From contig JBHGNT010000022.1 of assembly GCA_043228905.1 (NCBI GenBank), positions 3,348,001 to 3,412,000 on the forward strand: a stretch of 64,000 nt of DNA. The letters are read 5' to 3'. This DNA is from Azolla caroliniana. Its lineage: Eukaryota > Plantae > Polypodiophyta. The position numbers and the translations under genes were made by a program. A model generated the notes under the pieces. It was given only the letters and a program-made list of their open reading frames with translations, was not told the DNA's origin and ran no database searches. Positions within the stretch are counted from its first letter, which is position 1, and the number at the start of each line of letters is the position of its first letter. This document shows, in pieces, positions 1-14,400 of the stretch.

Positions 1-3000
1 CTTCCATAGGCAGGGTGAGTCGAGGTGGTGCCGGAGGCCGGCAAGACAAATCCGCAACGAAATGTTGGTACTGTGGCAAGAAGGGCCACAAAGAAAGCGA
101 GTGCTGGAGAAAGCGCGCCAATTCGGACAAATCTGAATCCGGCAAGGCCGGCAAGGATGGCCGGCAAAGCTCACATTACGCGAAGGGATCGGGAGGATCC
201 AAGTACGGTAACGGGCCAACCTTGGTGATGAAGCACGAGGCGAACTCAATGAAGAAGACCACTTCCAAAGTGGAGGAAGTGTGGTATGTTGATTCTGGTG
301 CGTTGAACCACATGACGAACCACAAAGAGTGGTTCTCCTTCTTGGAGAAACCGGATCAACCAGGAGTAGTCGAAACCGGAGAGGATACTCCTCACCCAAT
401 CGTGCATGTCAGAGAAGTCCCTTTGAGCCACGTCGGACAGAAGGGGAAGCTGATGAATGTATTACACGTTCCAACAATCACGAAGAACCTGGTGTCAGTC
501 GGACAGATCGTCGACCACAGGATGCAGGTGCGGTTTATGCACCTCGGGTGCGTCATCGAGGAAGAGGGCCAGATTATTGCGCAACGACGCAGAGACGGGA
601 GGATGTTTATCCTCGACACCAACGACGTCGGCACCGCTATGTTTGCAAAAGGACAGAAGGTCGAATCAGACATCGACCTGTGGCACAAGCGGATAGGCCA
701 CGTCAATTACTAGAGGCTTCAAGACCTGCAAACGAAAAAAGTTGTTTTCGGTTTGCCGAAGCTCAGCGGCCAGACGGCCCAAGTATGTGAAGCCTGCCAA
801 CTCGGGAAGCAACACCGGCTTCCATTCCCTACCGAACGTAACCGGAGCCGTAACAAGCTCGACCTAATCCATTCGGATGTGTGGGGACCAACACAGAATG
901 TTAGTCTTGGCGAGAGTCGATATTTCGTCTCCTTCATCGACGACTATACACAACACACATGGATCTACCTCATTGAGCGGAAGAGTGAAGTCTTCGAGTG
1001 TTTCCAGAGTCTCCAAAGCATGGTGGAACGGGAATCGGAGAGGAAGATCAAATGCTTGCGGTCGGATGGCGGGAAAGAGTACTTTTCCGGCCAATTCAAC
1101 AATTATCTGCAACAAACGGGAATTCGGCGAGAGTTCAGCTGCAGATACACACCACAATAGAACGGTGTTGCCGAGAGGAAGAACCAGTCGCTTATCGATG
1201 CGGCAAGGGCAATGGTGGAGGAAAAGAGCATGCCCAAATTCTACTGGGCGGAGGCAATCGGAACGGCTGTCTACATCCAGAACCGGATCGGTGACAAGGT
1301 GTCAGCTTACGAGCTGTATTTCGGGCGGAAGCCGAATTTGAGACACCTTAAGATCTTTGGTAGCATTGCATATGTGCATGTACCGGATGAGAAGCGGAGG
1401 AAGCTGGATGCAAAATCGGAAAAATGCATCCTAGTCGGCTATGCTCAAGAGCAAAAGGGTTATAAGTGTTATAACCCCCAGACAAGGCAGGTCCGAGTTA
1501 GTCGAGATGTCGAGTTTGATGAATCGGCATTGTGGTACTCCTTACTGACTCTGACTTCCGAATCTAACCTGGTGCCGGAGGATGAGGCTAGTGAGCCCGA
1601 AGCGGCCCAGGTAGAGGATGATGAAGCGTGGACTCAGGATGAGAGTCCGGAATCGTTTCGGCTGAGTGGGCCGAACGAGAGACTGAGTCAATCTGACCAG
1701 TCCGATCAGGAACCAACGTGTAGTGGAGACTCCGCCGTGCACTCCCCGCGCAAGGAACCGAGGAGATGGTTCACGCGCAAAGAGAAGGGGAAGAAGAAGA
1801 TGTCGGAATTTGAAACCGGCAACGATGAGTTGGATCGGTGTGCATCCGACTCCGGCAAGGACAAAGGTGGATCTTCGGCAACGAAGATCGAACCGGCCAA
1901 GAAAGGCCTTAAACCGGGTAACGGTGAGTTACGCCGGTCCACCTGCCAGAAGGATCCCGTCAAGCGGTACGGGTACAATGAGTACATGGCACATCACTAT
2001 GCATACATGACTAAGGTTGCGGAAGTGCATGAGCTGGAGAGCTACACAGAAGCGGCCAAGGATGCAAATTGGTGTGCCGCTATGGAGGAAGAAATGCGGG
2101 CACTTGTTGTCAACGAGACATGGGACCTAGTTGACCCTCCCCGTCACTATAAACCGATCGGATGCAAATGGGTGTACAAGATAAAGTACAATGCCGACGG
2201 TTCAGTTAACCGGTACAAGGCCCGGTTAGTGGCGAAGGGATATGCGCAGACCCACGAAATCGACTACGACGAGACCTTCGCTTCGGTAGCGAAGATGACG
2301 ACGGTTCGTGTGGTACTGGCGGTTGCTGCAGCAAGGGGGTGGCATCTTCACCAGATGGATGTGAAGAATGCGTTTCTTCAGGGTGATCTGGAAGAAGAAG
2401 TCTTTATGACTCAACCCCTCGACTTTCAATCGGAGATGAACAAGTCGGCGGTATGCCGGCTGAAGAAGTCGTTGTATGGCATGAAGCAAGCCCCTTGAGC
2501 TTGGAATGCGAAGATCACGCACCGGTTGTGTAAGATGGGGTTTGTGGCTTCCAAATCGGAATCTTCGTTGTTCATCCGGCAAGGCTCAGCCGGTTCGGTA
2601 TGTATCCTAATGTATGTTGATGATTTAGTCATCACCGGACCGGGTGTTCCAGAAGTCAACCGCATCAAGTCCCAGTTGTCTGACGCATTTGAGATGAAGG
2701 ACCTGGGGGACCTTCATTATTTTCTTGGGATCGAGGTGATCTAAACCCCCGACGGCATACTACTCTCACAATGACATTACGTCTTGAATATGTTGTACAA
2801 GTTCGGCATGATAGAATGCCAACCTGTCTCCACACCCTTGGACCAGAACCAGAAGCTTCGTCCCAACTTCGGACCGGCCTGCAACGAGCAACAGTTCCGA
2901 TAGATTGTCGGAAGCCTTATTTACTTGACTATTACGACCTGACATAAGCTATCCGGTCGGAATGATAAGTCAGTTCATGCAGAAGCCAACTGTGGAGCAC

Positions 3001-4122
3001 CTTCGTTGCGCGCAACGGATACTGCGATATGTAAGCGGCACGAAGGACCGGGGACTGTTATACCGAGGAGGTATAACCGCTGAGCTAGTCGGTTACACAG
3101 ATGTTGACTAGGCCGGCGATACGTCGGATCGCAGATCCACTTCTGGTTACATGTTTTCCCTAGGGAGCGCCGTTGTTGCGTGGAGTAGCAAAAAGCAACC
3201 AACAGTGGCTCTATCAAGCACTGAGGCCGAGTACCGGGGTGCTACCATTGCCACCCGCGAAGCCATTTGGCTTCGGCGACTACTACGAGACTTCCGGATT
3301 GAGGTACCAACCCCGATCCTGATTTATTGTGATAACATCAGCAGCATGCAGCTCGCCAAGAACCCTGTGTTCCATGCTCGCATGAAGCACATAGAAGTGC
3401 ATTATCACTTTGTGCGTGAGCGTGTCCTGAGCGGCGAGGTCGAACTTCGTTATGTTCACACGGATTGGCAAGTTGCCGGCATCTTCACCAAACCGCTCGG
3501 ATCGGACAAGTTGCAACACTTTACCGAAATGCTTGGTGTTCAACATCTCGACGTGCCACACTTGAGGGGGAGAACGGGCAAGGACACCGGAACGGCCAAA
3601 GGTAAAGAGATTGCCGATTGCGCTGATGAGGGAAGCACCAACGAAGGGAAAGTAAAAAAGGATAGAGCCGATCGAAGGAAGAAGGCTAAGACCTGGACAT
3701 GGTCCGATGTGGTGAAGGGCTTGGAATTAGAAGATGAGTCGGGAGCAACCGATTCGGACAAGAGCTGGAACGAATCGGAGACAATCAATTCGGTTCAAAA
3801 GACAGATTTGGAAGAACCAGATCAATTCAAGGCCAAGCAGACACAGATGAAGCGGAAGTTGATGCCATCGCGGAGAAATCGATGTATTGATAAGCGCCGG
3901 AGTTATAGCAGCGAAGGAGCTGAGAGGGGCCTATCGAGCAGACATACCGACCGAGAAGGTCGGGACGCGCAAAACAAGAGGGGTCGCGACAAACAGAACC
4001 GGACCGGACGAGGAGCGCGAGCAAGGCGGAGCGACGCCAAGAGAAGTCGGTTGGAAGAACCGGATGCCACAGAGACTAACACTAAGATCCAAACTCAAGT
4101 TGAGCTTGAGGGGGAGTGTTGA
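1..4122 (+). pseudogene. Copia A gag-pol with premature stops and a ~190 aa charged C-terminal extension
   Basis: ORF pieces 15-713, 753-1160, 1212-2498, 2526-2744 and 3151-4122. Stops such as 711, 1158 and 2496 correspond to CGG, CAA and CGA codons in the paralogue Copia D. Confidence 0.92.
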
Positions 4123-4531
4123 GCGGCAAGCTCAACTGGGGCCATATCGGCTAAATAAGCCTGAGCCGGCAAGCGAGACGGATCGGTAAGCCGTGAGCAA
4201 TCAAGCCGGCAAGCAACAGAGCCGGTGAGTTGGGGAGCCGGTTAGCCGGATCCAATCGGTAACTGGAAGCCTAGTATTAGTTTAGACTACTAGGAAATTA
4301 TAGTCTCGTAGTAAGTGTCAGAAGCTCGTGTGAGCATTGAAGTACGCGGTACTTGTGTCTGTCCCACGAGGACTTGTATAAATAGTGCTACTGAGCACAA
4401 TTGTATGTGACAGAGTGTTTTATATATTTTTGAATATAGCTTTGAGGTTTTGCTCTCTCTGTCTCTCCCATGTACTCTGTGTATTCCCTAATTTCTCTGT
4501 TTTCTAACGCTTCTGCAAGTAATCGTTGACA
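4117..4531 (+). repeat. 3' LTR of Copia A (~415 bp)
   Basis: Starts TGTTGAGCGGCAAG like the Copia D LTRs, has TATAAATA near 4377 and ends GTTGACA. The right end is inferred from similarity to the D LTR. Confidence 0.8.
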
Positions 4532-6441
4532 GTGAGCAACTAAACGTGTTAGTGTCCCAGACCCATGAAAACCACATAATCTACAATCCCAATAATAGTT
4601 CCCAGATGACTTCCCAGCTTGTTTGTTCACACAATATTTATCCATAAGGGGGATTCCTTGCGTGGCATAGTTGATTGAGTATGACAAGTTCTAGAGACTC
4701 GAAGTTGTCTTTTATATTGTCCTAGATTCATGAATTCACAATGTTAAATGTGTGAATAAGGAAATCATGTGATGTAACAATGTAGGAAGAAATTGTTTGA
4801 ATGATAGGCATAACCAAATGACAAATCTGAATGGAAGATGGCTACCTAAGCAAATGGCATTCTATCCCTATTAAGAGGAAAAAATTAGAAATGAATTATA
4901 AAGAGCACCATATGGAACTTTTACTTGTGATGTAGGCGTGCTCTTGTATGAAGACACTATTGTTTGATAAGCCACCATAAGCTATCTGCCACCAACATTG
5001 CTGTATTAAAGAAGGGATAGACACACATATACCAAACCATACATGTAACATGTTATACTATTATCTATACAATAGTCTATTTATGCATATAAATTGATGG
5101 AATTTGTGTTTTGATGAATTCAATAGGAAAAACTCCAAATAATCTTGGATGGCATCGTGGCGGTGATTTAACAACTCTACCGAATCACCGATAATTAGCT
5201 TTTATCAAATTAATAATCATTGAAGAATGCTTGAGAAGAGAGTAAGAGTGTAGTATATATAACACACTACATTGATTGACCATAAAGCTTATCACCCCCC
5301 ATAACGTTTATTCTTCGATGAAACAAAGAAGACTAAAGTGGGGAGAAGTAAGAAACTACTTATGCCTCCAAGTCTTGTAGTATTTCAATAGAAAATGAGT
5401 GTTGAAGAAGCACTTTTCTACAATAACCCCTTTCCACAGACTGAGGAGAAGGAAAAAGTAATATATCCAATGATTGAAGGATTTTATTTAGGCTTTCTAA
5501 CCGAATAATTGTAACTAAATGAGGGAGAAAGAAGAGATGATTTCTTCCTGATTTAGTCCAACTTGCTGCTCAATCATACAATATCAATGGAAAGAAAGGA
5601 AATTCCTCCTTACTTACGTCTAAGTTCAAAAGCAATTTCTCCTCAATTATGAATGCAAACAAGTTAATCAACAGATTTTGAAGCATTTTGATAGGAAACA
5701 AGTCACTAAATTAGGGAGAGAAATCCCTAATTAAGCCCATCCAATATGCATGCCTTCCAAAGAATTAACATTTTCAAGAACATCAAAAACTAAAACAGGC
5801 AGAAAAAAGAGATAATTTTCTACAATATATATCTAGATTATAGGTAATGAATTGAAGATTAATGGAGTCACGTTAGATAATCAGCAGACAAATGACTCTT
5901 CAAAATTTTGATTACATGTAGGGAGAAGGAAAAAAGCAAATTTTCTCCTAAATAAGTTCACTTTTACATCAAAATCGATAGATATAGGTCTTTCAACACA
6001 CTGAATAGAAGCTCCAATAGGAAGAATCAAGTAGAAATGTATCCCTCAATTGACAGGACCGAGGGGGCTAAATTTCAAGAATTGATCTCTCCTGAGTTAA
6101 CTGCAAACTAGGAGGTTGTTAATTTAGGCAGAAATTACCTCTGTTAATGAAGTTTGAACAAAAACATTCCTTGCAAATTGCTTCATAGTTCGGATTTCGT
6201 GTAAGCAACTTCCATATACCTGTGTAAAAACCTAGTATCTACAAAATGCAAACACTCGTTACGAAAACCCCCAAATTTTTTTTTCATTACTACAAAAAGC
6301 CCTAGAAAATTAAATTTTACATTATTTACAAATTTAGGCTTAGAAAAAATGATAATTCCAAAAGGTAGAATACATTTAGAATACGTGTGGGTATTCTAAA
6401 ACGTACTCTATTTATAAAATACGTGTTTTTTAACAACATTG
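4532..6441 (-). mobile_element. Putative hAT-like DNA transposon 5' part with BED zinc-finger remnant, interrupted by Copia A
   Basis: Minus frame 4687-4532 reads YWDCRLCGFHGSGTLTRLVAH (BED-finger pattern) and is cut by the Copia A LTR. The terminus at 6441 reads CAATGTTGTTAAAAA on minus, with subterminal TAGAATAC repeats. Gypsy integrase sequence resumes at 6442. Confidence 0.5.
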
Positions 6442-6948
6442 ATGCGCTTAGACGTGCATAAATATGTGACACAATGCTTACAATGTCAAATTAATAAGTC
6501 ATAACAACTTAAAGCTGTTGGTCTTAATTTAAATAAATGGGAAACTATCTCAATGGATTTTATTGTTAGTTTACCTCGTACATGGAGGGATCATGATGCC
6601 ATTTGGGTTGTCGTTGACCGACTAACAAAATTGGCTAGATTTATTCCTACCAAAACCACGGTAACCGCTCAACAATCAGCTTATCAATTTGTTGACGAGT
6701 TATTCCGTTTCTATGGATTATCGATGGATATTGTTGGTGATTGAGATTCCAAGTTTACTAGTGACTTTGGACTCAGGTCTTTAAGAAACTAGAAACTACG
6801 TTGAGCATGAGTTATGCAGATCATCCTCAGTTTGATGGAAAAACTAAACGAGTTAATCAAATTATTGAGGAAATGCTTCGAGCTTGTGTAGTAAAAACCC
6901 CTTCTAAGTGGGAGAAATACCTTCCTATCTAAGAATTTGCATATAGTA

Positions 6949-7190
6949 TGTTGAGAATCGAACTCAACTTCCCATAGAAATAGGTTTCACACTAGCTCAT
7001 GGACATACTAGGCTAGTTTTATAAATAGTAGAAAGGGCCCTTGCCCTAGTTTAGTTCGTATTTAAACCAACCTTTTGTAACTTTGTTATTGTTGGATGAT
7101 AATATACAGTCTTCTTGGTTAAGAACTTTCTCTCGGTTGCGTAACACACAAAGTCCTTCTGTTGCATACAATCACTCTCATTTCTTTACA
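6949..7190 (+). repeat. 5' LTR of Copia B (242 bp)
   Basis: Matches 16263-16417 + 16896-16993 and is followed by the PBS. Confidence 0.93.
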
Positions 7191-8329
7191 TGGTATCAAA
7201 GCACGTGGTAGCTTGATCCAAGCCCACACTGAAGAAACGTGTTCACGAAGAGCCGGCTAATCACTACACAACATTCACACAGACCGAAGAAACAGAGAAG
7301 AAATCACCATGAATACTCAAATGGGAAGCGCTCTTCCTATGGAGAAGCTCGACAAGACAAACTTCCCATCTTGGGAGTACAAGATGCATCAGTACCTTGT
7401 CGGACAAGGATATTGGAGCTATATTGAAGAGCTCATGAAATGCAACCCAACTCGACACACGCCGACTACCCAACGTGGGAGCAGGCCGCAAGCCGTGTGT
7501 TGTATTGCCTTGCATCATGCGTACATGTCACATGATCACATGCTTGGCTATATTTGAGAGGCGGTGTCGTGCTTTTTGGCGTCAGATCGTTTGCGTGAGT
7601 CGAGTGGAACCACTGGGGTTTTGGACTAGGAAGAGGAAGAATTTGAGATGATTTTAATTATGAATAGATTATTATAAACTTGTGAATCCCACAAGTATAA
7701 TATATTTTATTAATTAGTATTTAGATAAGAATATGTATTTAGATTGAAAGAAAGATATAAGAAACTTGTGAATCCCACAAGTATAGATTATATTATTTTC
7801 GTGAATCCCACGATTATATTAATTGGTTGGTGTTTTTGGAAATATATCCAATTTCCAAGTATTTCACCCCCTTATTACATTGTGCTCCCCATCCTTATAT
7901 GGTGATGAGAGAGTCTTCACAATCCATGCTTTTTTTCTAACTATAAACTCCATGCTTTTCCTATAGATAGACTATATGCTTTATCTAAAGTGATCATGCT
8001 TTTTCTATCTTGTGCGTTTTTTATCGACTATAGCGTTCATGCACGCTAGATATGCATGCGTAGTTTTTTCTTTTAGCATGCGTTTTTCTTTTAACTAAAG
8101 TTTATCCTAAGTGAACTTAACTTTCTATGTGGGACATCTACTTTTGAAGACTAATGAAATGCTAGTGTAATGGTAAGGTTTCACATTATTAACATGGAGG
8201 TGCAAGGTTCAAATCTTGCTCTATACATGTATGATTTATTTTGACATTTTCTTCTATTTCTTCATATTTACTAAAACGTTACTTTATAAGTTTTTCATGT
8301 AGTGTACGAAATACACTATGATACTCGCC

Positions 8330-11300
8330 CCCTCTGAACCCGCACATCCTCCGGTATGTGCTGAAGTTGTCGGTGATTGTTAGTCTCGTCCGTCCGTTCT
8401 CCGCCCGATTGGTTTCGTTGTCGGTTGTGTTTGGTTGCCGGTTTTGTTCGGTTGTTGGCTATGTCTGGTCTCCGGTTACCGACCCTCGTAATTCTTCGTT
8501 ACTTGTTGTACCCTCCGTTTCTCTCGCTATGTCAGCTTGTCTCTCCATTTTGAGCATATCCATTCTTTCCACCCGAACCATTGTCGCCATCCGATCCACC
8601 ATAGTCTTCGTTCATTGTTTGCATGGCCATGGTTGGTTGTCGCGGCTCCTCGTGCTCCTCTTGAGCATAACCTTTCATGTCTTGTGCATGTTCCATGCTT
8701 CCCACTTTGTTCACTTTTATCGTGTAATCTTGCGTTAGAGTTGACAATCTTCATGTTAGAGCCCTCCTCCTTTGTTGAGATCTCATCCTCGGTAACACCC
8801 TTTAAATCCGCTTGGCCCACTTGGCCCTCGGCATCCGTGGTAGTGTCTTTTCTTGGCCTCTTTGTTGTAATCGTCGGCCTCAATCTTTTCGACCCCTGGT
8901 TTAGTTGGATTAGCTTCTTTCCGATTTGGTCTCGTCTGATCCGCTTTCGGTTGGATCGTATTAGCTTCTTTCCGATTCGGTCTCGTCTGATCGGCTTTTG
9001 GTTAGATTGGCTTTTGATTGGATTCTTATTCGGTCGAATCAGACTCGGTTGATCGGTTTGGACCGAGTCAGCCCCCTTCCGGGTCGGTTTCGATCTATTA
9101 GTTTTGGTTTTGGTTGGCTTTCTTTTCCTCGTTTTCACCAGCCTCGACCGGTTCATCATCCGACTAAGTCGAATTAGCTTCTTTCCGGATTGGTCTCATT
9201 CGATCGGCTTTCGGCTAGGTCGGCTTCCATCCGTATTTGCGTTTGGCCGAATTGAACTCGGTCGATCGGTTTTGACCGAGTCGACCCCGTTTCGGGTTGG
9301 CTTTCTTTCGGATCGGAATTTCGTCCGGATCATCTTCCATCCGAACCGACTTCCGAATTTACCTTTCTTGCCGCCACCTCCCGTCTCTCCGGTCTCACGT
9401 TGCTTCTCGGACACAACTGCTGAAGTCTCTAGGATTAGTGGGCAGGAATCCTCGGTATTATCATTCTCCGTCGTTTCACGCATATCCACCTTCTTGGCTA
9501 TCTCTCCGTTGTATGCATCAGCTTCGGCCTTCATTTTCTCTCCGCCACCTTTCGTCTCTTCGGTCTCATGTTGCCTTTCGAACGCAACCGCCGGAGTCTC
9601 TGGAATCAGTGGTGGGGAAGTCTCGATATGGCCATCCGCCATTGATTCGTCCATAGCCACCTTCGATTCGATGTCATCTTTTGTGGCGACCTCCTCAATC
9701 AAGTCCTCCTTGCTCTCTTTCACTGCATCAATTATGCAAACATCAATTATGCTTACCCCTTTTTCACCCGATGTTTCAGACACTTGTATTCCGAAATCTT
9801 CTTCTACACTTGGGTTATCGGCCTTATCCTTCGCCATCGTTCTTTCGCAAGACAAGAGGGTAGCTTGTTTTACACCCTCTTCTGTTGCACCATCATGTTG
9901 TATTTCGGCCTTCATATCGGCTCCATCGTTTGTCTTCAATCGACCATCCTTAATTGGCCATGTCGTTGACAAGATTCTCATCTTCCTCTCATCATGTCTC
10001 CGGCATACCCTTTGGACTTCGGCCCAATCTTCGGTAAGACCATTTGCACCGTCATAGTCTTCGAGTTCAATCCCGATGTCCATCCTTTCTTTTCGATCGA
10101 TCGATTTTACGAACATTAGGACTTTATCCTCTCCCACCAATCGTTGTTCCCGCTCTGAGAGTCGAGCAAAACGATGCTCGAACTCTAGGAATGCTTGTGT
10201 TGCACTTCGGTGGGTCTTCTCTGATGCCACCCATTCGTCAAACTCGCGTTGATCTCGTCCCTTCGATCTCTTGTAGTCATATGCCTCTCGTAAAGCGTCT
10301 TCAAAGGACCCCCATGTTGGATTTTGTTGCCGTATCTTGTAGATTCTTTCTTGTAACTCATCCGTGGCCACCCGACTGAAGGATATCACTCGCAATCCTT
10401 CCAGTATCCCACATCGCATCATCTCCGCTTTGTAGTCAAGTTGTCGTAGTGTATTTCGTACACTACGTGAAAGTAAAAATAATATAACCGATTTAATTAC
10501 ATATAAATAAATAAAATAAGAATATCAAGATATTTATCACGTGCATAGGGCAAGATTTGAACCTTGTACCTCCACGTAGCCAAACCTCAACTTTACCATT
10601 ATACTACCTTATCTTTAGTATTTTATAAATAGATTTAATAACTATAAGTGCTTTATTTGCGCCTACCTTTATTAAAAGGTAAATCGTGCATTTTTAGAGT
10701 GTGTGAATATTTTATAGAAAAAACGCAAGCAACTAAAAAGTGACTCATGCACATCTAGCGTGCATGAGCACTATATTTAGCAAATAAAAGCAAGGATTAG
10801 AAAAGCATCACATGCACATTTAGTGTGCATGAACATATTAGAAAAAAGCATGTAGCTATGCTTAGTCTCTCCCATCACTACATAAGGATGGGGAGCACAA
10901 TGTAATAGTGTGTGAAAATATTTGGAAATTGGATATATTTCCGAAAACACCAACCGATTAATATAATCGTGGGATTCACGAAAATAATATAATCTATACT
11001 TGTGGGATTCACAAGTTTCTTATATCTTTCTTTCAATCTAAATACATATTCTTATCTAAATATTGATTAATCGAATACAATACACTCGTGGGATTCACGA
11101 AATTTCTATCTCTCTTTCTAATAATCTATTCATTACTAGCCTCATCTCATATTCTTCTTTCTCCTAGTCCAAAACCTCGGCGGTTCCCACCCGACTCACG
11201 CAACGATCCGGAGCCGAAAGGCACGACAACGTAGATAGCGTGACACATCATTTCCGTTGAATTCCCCATTTCGTTGCACAAGTCGTTCTACTGCCGCCTT

Positions 11301-11405
11301 CATCTCCGTCATCACGCGTTGTTCTTGTTGCATCCGCTCAATCATCATCATCATCATGTTCATCGCCTCTTGTTGATTCTCCATCTCCTTGCCACCCGTC
11401 TTCAC
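8330..11405 (-). pseudogene. E1 Gag-like ORF with acidic and basic low-complexity extension, split by a solo LTR and stops
   Basis: Pieces 11405-11233, 10437-9196 and 9159-8527 are collinear with the intact 678 aa ORF of E2 (FNG.DVSRYL, THRSATQAFLEFEHRFARLSERE). Confidence 0.85.
10442..11228 (+). repeat. Solo LTR of the E family (787 bp), inserted antisense into E1
   Basis: Termini TGTCGTAG...GCACGACA as in the E2 LTRs. TSD AAGT/ACGT; removing it restores the codons R-Y-L-R-D-Y. Confidence 0.92.
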
Positions 11406-14400
11406 GTCGGGTTCACCACTTGTGTCGTGCTTTTTGGCGTCAGATCGTTTGTGTGAGTCGGGTGGGAAGCACTGGGGTTTTGGACTAGGAAGAGGAAGAA
11501 TTTGAGACGATTTTAATTATGAATAGATTATTATAACCTTGCGAATCCCACAAGTATAATATATTTTATTAATTAGTATTTAGATAAGAATATGTATTTA
11601 GATTGAAAGAAAGATATAAGAAACTTGTGAATCCCACAAATATAGATTATATTATTTTCGTGAATCCCACGATTATATTAATTGGTTGGTGTTTTTGGAA
11701 ATATATCCAATTTCCAAGTATTTCAGCCCCCTATTACATTGTGCTCCCCATCCTTATATGGTGATGAGAGAGTCTTCACAATCCATGTTTTTTTTTCTAA
11801 CTATAGACTCCATGCTTTTCCTATAGATAGACTATATGCTTTATCTAAAGTGATCATGCTTTTTCTATATTGTGCGTTTTTTATTGACTATAGCGTTCAT
11901 GCACGCTAGATATGCATGCATTTTTCTTTTAACTAAAGTTTATCCTACGTGAACTTAACTTTCTATGTGGGACATCTACTTTTTAACACTAATGAAATGC
12001 TAGTGTAATGGTAAGGTTTCACATTATTAACATGGAGGTGCAAGGTGCAAATCTTGCTTTAGACATGTTTGATTTATTTTGACATTTTCTTCTATTTCTT
12101 CATATTTACTAAAACGTTACTTTATAAGTTTTTCATGTAGTGTACGAAATACACTACGACAGCGGAAAGAAGTGTGGGGCAATCTCAAGAAGATCTTCGC
12201 GGCCAATACAATTGCCCGCAAGCTCCAGCTTCGTCAGGAGTTGAATGACATTCAACAAAGGGACATGTCAATCAGTAGCTACGCCTTGAAGATCAAGGAG
12301 TTGTTCGATGCCCTCGGGTCGATCAATGTTGGCATTGACGACAAAGAAATGGTGTAGATATGCCTTGGAGGCTTGGCACCTCGTTTCAGCGCAATAAGGT
12401 GGGAAGAGAGAATCTCCCACCTTTTTCGATCTCCAGTCAATATTGTTGGTCGAGGAAAATCACACCTGACAAAGGAGCAACGCACCAGAGGGTCAGATGC
12501 TCTACTCCCAGTCGGATGATAGAAGAAATTTCGGCCGTGGAAATAGAGGTTGTTTAGGACAAGGCTGTCACGGTCAACAGACCCAAGAGTGTAACTCCCA
12601 CCAATGGCAAGCAGACAGGAACAATCCCAGAGAGTTCGGCTGAAGGGGGAGTCATGACGCCAGACCAAGCAATCGTAATAACCCAATCAAATGCGGATAC
12701 TACGGAAAACTCGTTCACTACGAAGAGGAGTGCCGAAAGAAGAAGCGAGAGTCGGCTTCAACCAACTGATAGTTCACGAACTACGCATCGAATTCCGACT
12801 ACGACAATTGTAGCGGAATGTTCATGAATTACGCATCGAATACCGACTACGACGATCGTAGTGGAATGTTCATGATGAGGCACAAAGCGCACTCAATGGC
12901 GACACAAGGTGAAACAAGCACCATGCCCTCAGAGAATGTATGGTTTGTTGACTCGGGAGCATCTAACCACATGACATCTCATCAAGATTGGTTTTGGGAA
13001 TTACGAAAACCCGAACGTCCCGGATATGTCGAGACGGGTCATGACATGACTCATCCAATACAACATATCGAGAACGTCCCATTCAGAAACGATGGCAAAC
13101 AAATCTACCTCTAGAACGTACTGCATGTTCCTACTATCACGAAAAACTTGGTCTTGGTCGGCCAGATTGTCAAACAAGGAATGCAAGTACAATTCAACAA
13201 TGATGGGTGCTTTATTGAAAGAGGCGATTGAGTCGTTGCTCACGGCGGTCATGAAGGTCGTATGTTTGTCCTCAAATCGAACGAGGTAAAATCAGCCATG
13301 TTTGCAAAGGGCCTCAAGTCGAAACCGATTTAACTTGTGGCACAAGAGAATTGGTCACATCAATTTCCAGAAGCTTCAGAACATGCAATTGAAAGGAGTC
13401 ATAATCAGATTCCTGAACTTTATTGCGAAGGAGATTATGAGCGTATGTGTAGCGTGCTAGTTCGGAAAGCAACGCAGACATCCATTCCCGAAAGAGCAGA
13501 ATATGAGCAAAGGGATCCTGGATGTCGTACATTCAGATGTATGGGGACCGGCCCAGACAACCACAGTCGGCGGATGCCGATATTACGTCACGTTCATCGA
13601 CGATTTCTCTAGGCACACCTAGATCTACCCGATGAGATAGAAGAGCGAAGTGTTCGGACACTTCCAGAGGTTCAAGGCTGAAGTCGAAAAAACTACGAGT
13701 CGGCACATACGTTGCCTTCGATCAGATGGAGTTTACGGTTAATCTCCTAAAGGAAGGAATCCGACGAGAATTTTCATGTCGTCACACACCTCAGCAAAAC
13801 GGTGTAGCCAAGCGGAAGAACCAACACACAGTAGAGGTTGCACAAGCAATGATGAACAAGAAGAACCTGCCGAAATAATATTGGGTAGAAGTGGTGAACA
13901 CGGCTGTATACCTCATGAATAGGTGCACAACCTCGGGAGTATACGATGCAACCCCCCATGAGAAGTTTCTTGGTAAGAAGCCGGACTTATCACATGTTTG
14001 TAATTTCGGCTCAATAGCTTATGTGCATATTCCCGATCATACGCAACAAAAGCTCGACCCAAAGTCGGAGAAATATATCCTCATGGGATACTCGCTCGAA
14101 CAGAAGGGGTACAAATGCTACAATCCATCTACCCGAAAAGTTCAAACAAGTCGAGATGTCGTTTTCAACGAGTCCGCATTCTGGTATGCCCCAAAGACAA
14201 CTTTGACTCTATCTCCGCTCGATTTGGAATACCCTGAAATAGAGGCAGAAGCCGAAGATCGACTTGCACGCATGTTCGACGAAAGCCCAATCATGACCCG
14301 AATAAGTGGGCCACAGGAACCTACGAGTGATCAAAGCACATGTCGGCCGAGTTCGAAGCTGGACAAAGGGAAGGCGGAAATGGTGGAGTATGAAGACGAT

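Larger units (their letters stand above)
1..4531 (+). mobile_element. Copia A: Ty1/copia LTR retrotransposon, 5' end outside window
   Basis: Domain order is Gag zinc knuckle (CWYCGKKGHKESEC), protease (VWYVDSGA), integrase (HSDVWGP, LRSDGGKEY), RT (YVDD), RNase H ([14 protein letters not shown]). PPT GAGGGGGAG is followed by an LTR starting TGTTG at 4117. Confidence 0.95.
7565..12161 (-). mobile_element. E1: non-autonomous Gag-only LTR element inserted in Copia B gag
   Basis: LTRs 7565-8323 and 11423-12161, PBS 11401-11418 (TGGTGAACCCGACGTGAA on minus), PPT near 8324-8335, 4-bp TSD GCGG (7561-7564 / 12162-12165). No pol domains. Confidence 0.93.

Noticed and set aside
9104-10057. Long hydrophobic/Ser-rich antisense ORFs (also 25699-26661, 30139-30765, 35737-36585, 38863-39480)
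   Set aside because: These are shadows of sense TE coding frames, with no independent motifs.
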